Assembly (NCBI GenBank): GCA_026770705.1
Contig: JANJGN010000026.1
Coordinates: forward strand, 23,994,001-24,058,000
From: Isurus oxyrinchus
Lineage: Eukaryota
Direction of reading: 5' to 3'
Length of the DNA: 64,000 nucleotides
Made by a program: the position numbers and the translations under genes. Numbering within the stretch: the first letter of the stretch is position 1; every line of letters starts with the position of its first letter. Positions 15,501-24,153 of this stretch are shown here, in pieces. Under the pieces are notes generated by a model. The model worked only from the letters and a program-made list of their open reading frames with translations, searched no databases and was not told the origin of the DNA.

Positions 15501-16409
15501 TGAGATAGGGCCTAGTGCAGTGATTACTGATATGGAGTCTGGATTAATATTAACTGAAACAGGGCCTAGTGCAGAGATTACTGATACAGGGTTTTGATTA
15601 ATATAAACTGAGGCAGGGCATTGTGCAGTGATGACTGATGCAGGCTCTATGTTAATATAAACTGAGGCAGGGTCTCGTGCAGTGATTACTGATACAGGGT
15701 CTATTTGATATAAACTGAGTCAGGGCATATTGCAGTGATACAGGGCCGAGATCAATGCATATGGAGACAGTGTTTGTTGCAGTGATTACTGATGCACGGT
15801 CCTGATTATTAAAAACTGAGGCACTGTGAAGTGCAGTGAATGCAGATACAGGACCCAGGTTGATATTAACTGAGGCAGGGCATAGTCAGTGATTACTGAT
15901 ACTATGTCTAGATAAATATAAACTGAGACAGGCTCCAGTGTAGATATAACTGATGCAAAATCTAGATCAATATAAACTGACACAGGGTCTAATGCAGTGA
16001 TGATTGATACAGAATCTAGATTAACATAAACTGAGACAGGGTCTAGTGCAGAGATGACTGATAAAGGGTCCAGATTAATATAAACTGAGGCAGGGTCCAG
16101 TGCAGAGATTACTGATAAAGGGTCTAGATTAATATAAACTGAGACAGTGTGTAGTGCAGTCATTCCTGATATATGATCTGGACTAATATAAAATGAGAGA
16201 GGGCCAAGTGCAAGAATTACTTCATTATTGACAACCATATCCCAAGAACAAATTAAAATGCTGGAAGTCACTGCGGATTCTGGAAATCTAAAGCAGGGCA
16301 AAAGGTAACCACTCAGCAGGCCAGTGGGCATCAGTAGAGAGAGAAACAGATCAAACTTTCAGGTCGATGACAGGTGCAAAATCTCCCTTGGTACCATTCT
16401 ATAGAGCAG

Positions 16410-16640
16410 GACTGTTTTTCCCAGTATCCTACACCAATATTCATTCTTCAACTAAAATCACATATTATCTAGTCATCTTTCACAGATTCATTCATGGGAG
16501 CTTGCTGTGCACAAATCACCGCTTGGATTTCCAACATCACAGCAGTGACTAAACTTCAACAAAACTACATCAACAAGCTTTAAGGATTTTAGGATTTCAT
16601 GGGGTCTTGAGCAACCTTCTATAAATGCAAATTCTTTCTA
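16410..16640 (+). mobile_element. Old SINE fragment (Deu-domain SINE-like 3' part)
   Basis: GGGAGCTTGCTGTGCACAAAT...ACAGCAGTGACT...CTATAAATGCAAATTCTTTC resembles the AmnSINE1/SacSINE1-type tail. Recognised from memory, not searched. Confidence 0.5.
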
Positions 16641-17474
16641 AATGTTAACATTTTAAAATGCTAGTTGTGATATGTTGAAAACTCTGAGATTAATAAGATT
16701 ACATGTCGCTCCTCTGGCTGCTGTTTTAAATTGTCCGGTTTAAATGGGCTAACTCTTCCAACAAATTAACATTCAGTGGAATCCCAGCCTGTTCAAAGAT
16801 TCTTCATTAATTGAGATAGTCGAACATTCAGAACTGAATTATTAATTTAAATGTATTTGTAATTGTTTGAAATAAATAACATCTATTCTAATGAATGTTG
16901 ACAACGTTTCTATTAATTTTACACCAACTATCAATATTCTTAAAATAAACCCTTGTTTTGAGTTGAAACCAATCAATAAGTGTCTGTGTTTACCTGGTTT
17001 TGCTGCCATGAACACTTCATTGAAATCAGTGAGGCGTTTATGTAAATAAACACAGAAATAGAAGTCCCAAATTACATTCTGGAGACACAAAAACACAACA
17101 AATATTTCCCCATCAACACAGCACAGAAATAGAGTCAAGCATGCAAATACATCAACTGATTTCAGTAACAATTGTTTTTTGGGCACTTTTAAAATCAGTT
17201 ATATGAGAATTATGTCACGATGATAACTAATTTCAGAAATAAGTAAGATTCCCAATTAACATGATATATAAGGACACAACAAATATGTTTGTAGAGATGT
17301 CCTGTATCCTCTCTCTCTCTGTCTCTTTCTCCTCTCTGGCTCTTTGTCTTGTCTCTCCAACATGGGTCATTGTCTTCACTCCACAACATGAAGTCAATGT
17401 CTCGCCAATGTATTCTCTCAGCCCGATTCATACACTTCAAACTAAATGGATCTAGTGAAATGGATTGGAATCTT

Positions 17475-18475
17475 TGGAGGGAACTTTACTCTAAATCTGT
17501 TTTGAGCGTTCAATGACCTGGGAGTGCTTGATGGGAAACTGCAAATTAAAATTTACTCTGCACCTAACCTGTGTTGTAGCCAGTAGCGAGGATTTGATGT
17601 GGCCGTGCCGAAGGATCTTTCCCTGTATCTAACACGTGCTGTCCCTGCCTTTGTCCGATGGGGCAGTGAGAAGGGGGCTTTACTTTGCACCTAACCAGCA
17701 CTGTACCTGTCCTAGGAGTGTTCGATACAACTGTGTAGAGGGAGATTTACTTTGTATCTAAACTGTGCTGTACCTGGCCTGGGAGTAATTGATAGGGCAA
17801 TTTCGAGGGAGCTTTACTCCGCATCTAAACCATGCTGTATTTGACATGGCTGTGTTTGATGAGACAGTGTAGAGGGTAATTTGCCCCATATCTAAGCCCT
17901 GGGAATGCCTGATGTGATGGTGCAGAAGCATTTTTCCTCTTTACCTGCCCCCAGTGTCGAGCTGCCTGGAAAATGTCTGATGGAAGAGTGCAGAGGAAAC
18001 TTTACACTGCTTAGTACCCTTACCCTACACACCTTGACTGTGGTTGAGCAGACAATGTAGAGGAAATTTTACTCTGTATCTAAACTGTGCTGTACCTGTC
18101 CTAGGAATGTTTGATGGCGACAGTGTGGAGGGAGTTTCACTCTGAATCTAACGCGTGCTATACCTGCCTTGGGAGTTTTTCATGTGACAACATAGAGGGA
18201 GCTTTATATCATTAATGTAGCCCCATGCTGCACCTGCGGCTGTTTGATGGAACCGTGGGCCACGGCATTACACTAGGCCATGTCTCACCGTATCTAACCT
18301 GTCCTGTACCTGCCCTGGGAGTGTTTCATGGTGACAGTGTCGAGGAAGTTTCACTCACTTTGACCCGTATTGTACCTTCCCTGGGAGTGTTCAGTATGGC
18401 AATGTAGAGGGAGCTTTAAATTTTGTGCCTGGCCCCTTGCTGCGCCTATCCTGGGAGTGCTTGATGGGACAGTGG
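17475..18475 (+). repeat. Degenerate ~67 bp tandem repeat
   Basis: Recurrent GGGAGTGTTTGATGGGACAGTGTAGAGGGAGCTTTACTCTGTATCTAAC...GTGCTGTACCTGCCCT. The ATCTAA motif recurs at ~67 bp spacing. Confidence 0.85.
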
Positions 18476-18680
18476 ACCCGGTCTCGATATTGCATTCGAC
18501 CGTGGCCCTGTCCATGTTTATATTACACAGGCCGGACTCTGTCTCTGTTTATGTTACACTAGAACCTGTCTCTGTTTGTGTTACATTAGGCCCTGTCCCT
18601 GTTTATATTACACTCAACATGTCTCTGTTTACATTGTACTCGACATGTCTCTGTTATTTTTGCACTCGATGCTGTCTTAC
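18476..18680 (-). repeat. Inverted ~26-27 bp monomer array related to the large satellite
   Basis: Repeated CTGTCTCTGTTTATATTACACT is the reverse complement of the satellite-like ATATAAACAGAGACAG. Plus-oriented relics occur at ~19350-19610 and ~20330-20470. Confidence 0.7.
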
Positions 18681-18689
18681 TTTCCTGGT

Positions 18690-18945
18690 CGAATGTAGCT
18701 GCAGCAACACTCAAGAACCTCCACACCAACCAAGGGAAATCAACTCCTTAATAGGCACCTCATCCCGGATTTAAACATTCACTCCCTTCACCACCGACAC
18801 ACAGTGGCTGCAATGTCTACAATCCACAAGATGCACTGCAGTAACTCGCCAAGGCCTCTTCAACAGCACCTTCCATACCTGTGACCTCCACCTCCCAGAA
18901 TAACAAGGGCAACAAGCACAGGGGAACACAATGCCCTGCTTCCTC
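18690..18945 (+). mobile_element. LINE 3'-region fragment
   Basis: TTAAACATTCACTCCCT...AAGATGCACTGCAG...CAGCACCTTCCA. The same family occurs inverted at ~27510-28100. Confidence 0.6.
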
Positions 18946-19199
18946 CTGCACATAGCACTGAAGAGTTGAGAAACTGGTCTTGGACACTGGCAATGGAGAA
19001 GCGATATCTGAAATCTAATTCTGCTGACTGCGCTGAAGGTGAATACCAAGTGCTGCATAGCATATACGGCCGATCCATTACCGCCCCTTTCAGGCTACTG
19101 CGATATACCGATTTCTAGCCTAACATCTTTATTTATAATATTATCTCTCACCTCACAAAAACATGGAGTAACACAGCCATAATTGAAACAGACGCATAG

Positions 19200-19334
19200 A
19201 TTAAAGCAAAACACTGCGGATGCTAGAAATCTGAAATAAAAACAGAAAATGCGGACAAACTCAGCAGGCCTGACAGCATCTGTGGAGAGAGAAACAGAGT
19301 TAATGTTTCGAGTCCGTATGATTCTTCTTCAGAG
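19200..19334 (-). mobile_element. Penelope-like tail fragment with a minimal hammerhead-like motif
   Basis: Minus strand reads CTGAAGA-A-GAATC-ATACG-GACTC-GAAAC-ATTA-ACTCTG...GATGCTGTCAGGCCTGCTGAG, homologous to the tail at 57756-57857. Confidence 0.7.
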
Positions 19335-19621
19335 ACATAGTCTAGCGCCGTAGTTAAAATGATCAGGTTTGGGAAATATAGTCATGGTCAAGATCTAATA
19401 TAATATGAAAAGAGACAGGACCTCGTTTAATATAAACAGAGACAGGGTTTAATGTCATATAATTGGAGACAGGGTCCAGTGCAATGCAAACTGAGATGGC
19501 TTCTAGTGGAACATTAACGAGATGGGGTCTATATTAATACAAACAGAGGCCTGATCCAGCACAATAGAAATAAAGCAATTCCCAGGAAATTATTAACACA
19601 ACCAGGATCCTGTATAACATG

Positions 19622-20210
19622 GGAGGGGCGATCGTGCAGTGGGAACGTCACTGGATTAGTAACACAGAGATCCAGGCCTTTTCCCTCGGGATAGGGGTTT
19701 GAATCCCATTATGGCAGCATGTGGAATGCAAATTCAATAAATATATATGGAATTGAAAGCTCGTCTCAATAATGGTGACCATGAAAGTATATTCGATTTT
19801 ATTAAGCATCCACCTGGTTCACTCGTGCCCTTTAGGAAAGACAATCTGCTGTCCTTACCCAGTCTGGACTATATTTATTTTCTTCACTCATGGGAATGCG
19901 GCACTGGCTAGGCCAGCATTTATTGTCCTTCCCTAATTGCCCTTGAGAACAGTGTGGCTTGTTAGGCTATTCAAGAGTCAATTACATTGTTGTGGGTCTG
20001 GAGTCACATGCAGTCCAGACCAGGTGGCATTAGTGTGAACCAGATTGGTTTTTACGACAACATTTTCATGATCATCATCAGATATTTGAATTCAAATTTC
20101 ATCATTTGCCCTGGTGGGACTCAAACACAGATCCCAAGCAAATTACTGGCCCAGTGAGAATACAACTACACCACTGCTTCCCATACATATAACTCCAGAC
20201 CCACAATTTT
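19622..20210. mobile_element. tRNA-derived SINE (+) with a same-family SINE nested in the opposite orientation (~19875-20180)
   Basis: Box B-like GGTTTGAATCCC. The body breaks after CCAGTCTGGACT and resumes at ACTCCAGACCCAC after an inverted copy (TGTGGGTCTGGAGTCACATG). Confidence 0.65.
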
Positions 20211-22279
20211 GTGGAGCCCCATTCTCCAGTTATTTGTTTAGTTGCCCACTACCATTAACGACTGGATGTGACAGGACTGCAGAGGTAAATCTGATCCTTT
20301 GGATGTGGGTTCTCCGAGACTATGTGATATGAATATTGGTATTGACTGGTGCAGAATTAATTGAAACAGGGTGCAGTGAAATATAAACAGAGACAGTATT
20401 TGGTCTAACATAAAAACTGATGGAGTCCAAGTTAAAAAGACAGAGGCAGGGTTCAGTGCAGTGTTAATTGAATGGATCCTTCAAGATTTCAAATGCATCT
20501 GCTGGCCAAACTTTGCAATTGCAGCTCCTGTGAAAATGTCGCTGTCAGGTTTGATCCTCTCTCTGAGTCCTCTCTGATAGTCTGTCTGTAATTCTTTCTA
20601 TCCATCCATCCATCCATCACAATATTATGATGTGTTGGAGAGATCCTCCAATGAGTTATTGATGCTAACAGGGTGTCAGAAAAGCTGGATAACTTTTCTT
20701 TCCTGAGAGATTGGAACAGTTCACATAGGTTCACAACTTAAAGGATAAAATGGACTCCAGTGTTGTTGCTGGGTAGATTTGTTATAAATAGGCCTTGTTG
20801 ACAATGTTAAGGGTTTGGAGTTGGCTTGCAGCCAAGCGGTCAGTACTGAGGAAACAGATTTTTGATTAACTGCACAAAGCCCCAGATGCTTCCTGTAAAC
20901 AATATTGGACGTTCGAGCGTCCCTGACTGCAGCCGGCTGGCCTGCTGCCAAATACTGTATGGGGCAGATTGACCTGGATAGGAATGAACAAAATGGGATT
21001 CAGCCATTCAACAATATTGCTTTCAGTCGCGCACGAAAGAGACATTATGGATGGTTTTCATCTAAGAAAATATTTTAATGAATGCCGTATTCACTGAGAT
21101 TAAACTGGAAATATTAAATTGACCATATATTATTTAATTTATATTATTTCTAAGTAAAGGGCATTCCAGTTATTAAAGCCGGTTTATTAAGAACTTCATG
21201 AAGTGCGAGAGAGCGATGTTGATGGTCCCAATTCCCCAGTCTAATGAATTGAGTAGAATGGCAAAAAATTAAAATAAATTAAATTAAAAGAAAATCATAG
21301 AATTGTCTTGAACCCGCAGGAATTCCTTGAATATTGTCCGAGTTGTACACAACATTTAACCTGAGGAGCACCGTGAACTGTGCAGTTTAATTTGTGCTGA
21401 TTTCGATTATTTAACTGTCCCTCTCATAGCTGCCAATGAGTAGAGAAATAACCAGTTCATGACCCGTTTCAGTGGAAGATAAAGCATTTATTCTTATGAT
21501 ATAGGGTAATATGCCGCAAAGTCCTGATACCCTGTGTTCCCATTACAAGTGAATACTAAACAGCCAGTAGCCAATCAAATTGGCTGCAATGATTTGGATG
21601 CTGAAGGATAACTTTGCTGATCTCCGTGTCCGTTCTGATTCATTAACTTCTCTGACAAAAGTTGTAAATTTTACATTTCTCTGTAAATTTACTGCTTAAT
21701 TATCAGGCAGGCGGGCTTCTTATACCGTTAATTTTCACAGGGCTGTCTTAGAGTCAGGGGCAGTTCGAGAAATGCAAGGAGAGCCATTATATAATGTGAG
21801 AAGTTTCTTTTTACCTCGGCACCCAAACTGTACAGCGATAGCCACCCACACTGTAAATAGAATCACTTTGTTCATCCCCCATATTTAGTTGCATAAATCA
21901 ATAATACTTCCGATGACTGATGATACTTTATTGCTGTAATGAGATAGAGACCCGGAGTTGCAGCAACACAGACTGAGAGTCCCTTAATTCCCTGATAATG
22001 TAATTTATTTTTTTAGATTCAACCCCTTGTGAGATAGTATAGAAATAAATGGACTTAATTTACAATGGAATTAGGTTTTTATTAACAGATGCTCAACTGT
22101 AATTTCACAATTAGAACCAATGGAGACATTACAATGAATCCATTCAGCCAAATATCCCGATACAGATAAAATGTCCACTTTTAACAATAACCTATTGTAA
22201 ATATCTAAGTCCATTCTGTTGGGGGTGTGGAAGGTGGGTCGTGGATCCAGTCGCCGCCTCCACCAGGGAATCAATAGGC

Positions 22280-22320
22280 GGCACCTGGAAATCCGCCCCC
22301 CTCTGCCGGGTATTTAAATG
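22280..22320 (+). promoter_or_regulatory. Putative VH promoter (E-box, GC box, TATA-like; no octamer)
   Basis: CACCTG at 22282-22287, CCGCCCCC at 22293-22300 and TATTTAAAT at 22311-22319, about 80-90 bp before the leader ATG. Absence of a proximal octamer is typical of shark VH promoters. Confidence 0.55.
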
Positions 22321-22397
22321 CCGCTCACTGGGACCGGAATCCAACAGTCCGGGACCTGGTTTGTTCATTGAGTTCTGGACAGAACCATTTTCCCCAA

Positions 22398-22455
22398 ATG
22401 ACCAGAAGAATGAGGTCTGCGATTTCTCTCAGTTTGTTGCTGACTTTCTTATCTC
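22398..22455 (+). CDS. IGHV: IgM VH leader exon: (MTRR)MRSAISLSLLLTFLS
   Basis: In-frame ATGs at 22398 and 22410, hydrophobic signal peptide, phase-1 donor C|gtgagt at 22456. Confidence 0.9.
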
Positions 22456-22583
22456 GTGAGTAATTTTTATTTTCCAAGTCTCTCACTGTTGCTGTCTCAG
22501 TGTTAATCTCTCTCTGGAATGTTACAGAGTCAGGAATCATTTCACCAGGATTAATCCTCGGGGTTTTTGATATATTTTTACAG

Positions 22584-22888
22584 GTGTCCAGTCGGATATT
22601 TCATCCTATCAGCCAGGGACAGAGACCGGGCGTCCCGGAGGCTCCCTGAGACTGACCTGTAAAACCAGCGGCTTCGATCTTGGTAGTGCTTTCATGCACT
22701 GGTTCCGACAGGTTCCCGGACAGGGACTGGAATGGTTGGTTTATTACTATAGTTCATCCAGCAACAGCTACGCCCCAGCAATTAAGAATCGATTTACTGC
22801 ATCCAAAGACACTTCAAGGAACATCTTCTCCTTGGACATGAAAAACCTGAAGATTGAAGACACCGCCATCTATTACTGTGCAAGAGGC
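22584..22888 (+). CDS. IGHV: VH exon (leader end plus V domain), germline and unrearranged
   Basis: Acceptor tttttacag. Translation [76 protein letters not shown]...[11 protein letters not shown] has the canonical Cys, Trp and YYC. Confidence 0.97.
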
Positions 22889-22927
22889 CACAGTGAGAGG
22901 AACCAGGGCTGGACCCGAACAAGAACA
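22889..22927 (+). other. VH 3' recombination signal sequence, 23 bp spacer
   Basis: CACAGTG (22889-22895), 23 bp, ACAAGAACA (22919-22927). Confidence 0.92.
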
Positions 22928-23286
22928 GATCGAGAGGGACTCAACAACTTCCATCATAACCTGACGGTCAGCACTTGTTTTAAATGTAATATTAACTGTA
23001 ATGATCAGAACCAGACAACAAGCCGCTTCTGACAAAAGTAAATCAGCAAATTTAACAGAAAAACCTAACAAACCAATCGATATCATGGGCTGAGCTTTTG
23101 GCTGTGTTTATATTTACTGCTAACAGTTTCCGCAATTACAGACCTGGACATAATGTTCAATTTGATTTGGTTGATACTTGGCGGAGGTCACTGATCGTTG
23201 AGGTTTGTAAATTGCTGCTTGAATTCTAAACTAGATCCGAAGTAAACGTCAATTTGAAGTGAATATTGAGAGACAGCACTGGGTGC

Positions 23287-23369
23287 GGTTTCTGTGCGGG
23301 TGTATTTCACTGTGATACTACAGCAGTGAGTCACAGTGCAGTGCACAGCGACATCCTCATACAGAAACT
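23287..23369 (+). other. D1 segment (ATACTACAGCAGTGAGT, 23315-23331) with 5' 12 bp RSS and 3' 22 bp RSS
   Basis: GGTTTCTGT-12-CACTGTG | D | CACAGTG-22-ACAGAAACT. The 12/22-23 flanking is characteristic of shark D1. Frames read YYSSE, TTAVS and one with a stop. Confidence 0.93.
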
Positions 23370-23677
23370 CAGAAGGAGTTTGTTTAAATTGGTGATCTCT
23401 AACACAGCAGGAACGTCAAAAGAAATTGGATTTAAGTAAAATAATGAACAGAGGTAATATTGGTTTGTAAAAAGATGCACAATCCTTCCACTTTGTTCAT
23501 GCTGATGGGCATGCTAAATCTGCAAAGAGGTTTTAAAAGAATTCCATCACATTTATGAATATAATGCCCAGTACAAGCTGAAATATCTCACTGATTTACT
23601 CTTAGACGAGTCGGAATCAGGTTTTTGGAAAGCGCTGTGAGATTACATCTCTATATTTACAGTAAACAATCTGCCGC

Positions 23678-23746
23678 AGTATTTGACATGGTGTGTCTCA
23701 CTGTGATAAACTGGATGGCACAGCAGTTACTGTCAATACAAAAACC
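23678..23746 (+). other. D2 segment (ATAAACTGGATGG, 23706-23718) with 12/12 RSS
   Basis: AGTATTTGA-12-CACTGTG | D | CACAGCA-12-ACAAAAACC. Confidence 0.9.
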
Positions 23747-24066
23747 CCTCAGCACTAATTGAGTCTGCCTGGGTCAGTGCTCTCTTTTACAATCCTGTTA
23801 TATTTACAGTGAAGTATTATTTTTGTCCAGCACTGCCCAAAAAACATGGTTTAAGATAGAAAAGCTGTGATAATTATGCATTCATCAGTTGGTGATTTCA
23901 ATAACAAGTTAATTTGTTACTCTGTGAAATATAAAACATGAGGGTCATTGATGAATAGCTAAATATATTTACAAACACAAATATAATTTCATAAAGATTC
24001 ATCATGACCTTACTTTGCCCCTGACTTATGAATATTTAAAATAACTTTTTTTTTTTGCGTAGGGAC

Positions 24067-24105
24067 AGTTTTCGTATGGCACAGCCCAGAGAATTTAACA
24101 CTGTG
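24067..24105 (+). other. JH 5' RSS, 23 bp spacer
   Basis: AGTTTTCGT (24067-24075), 23 bp, CACTGTG (24099-24105). Confidence 0.9.
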
Positions 24106-24153
24106 ACGCTATGAGCTATTGGGGACAAGAGACCATGGTGACGGTGGCTGCAG
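24106..24153 (+). CDS. IGHJ: JH segment: AMSYWGQETMVTVAA
   Basis: Follows the RSS. WGQx-TMVTV pattern. Phase-1 donor G|gtaaga matches the Cmu1 acceptor phase. Confidence 0.93.

Larger units (their letters stand above)
475..16212. repeat. Satellite array of 54 bp units (two related 27 bp subunits), interrupted by three Penelope-like fragments
   Basis: Consensus is about ACTGAGACAGGGTCTAGTGCAGTGATT + ACTGATACAGGGTCTAGATTAATATAA. This explains the 9/18 aa periodic minus-strand ORFs (SVITALDPV/SVYINLDPV). Confidence 0.95.

Noticed and set aside
475-16212. CRISPR-like periodicity
   Set aside because: No unique spacers, monomers are tandem and degenerate, the context is vertebrate, and there are no cas genes.
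507-16331. Many minus-strand ORFs with SVITALDPVSVYIN repeats, resembling a repeat protein
   Set aside because: They are translations of the 54 bp satellite (a multiple of 3). Frames break constantly and there is no gene structure.
16625-19733. ATGCAAAT octamers at 16625, 17141 and 19726
   Set aside because: They lie 2.7-5.8 kb from the leader and two are within SINEs, so they are not a promoter octamer.
20489-20990. Coding-like minus-strand ORFs with an acceptor-like site
   Set aside because: No recognisable homology and stops in all frames. Needs BLASTx.
23620-23665. GGTTTTTGG plus CGCTGTG as a possible third D segment
   Set aside because: Spacer is only 4 bp and there is no matching 3' RSS.
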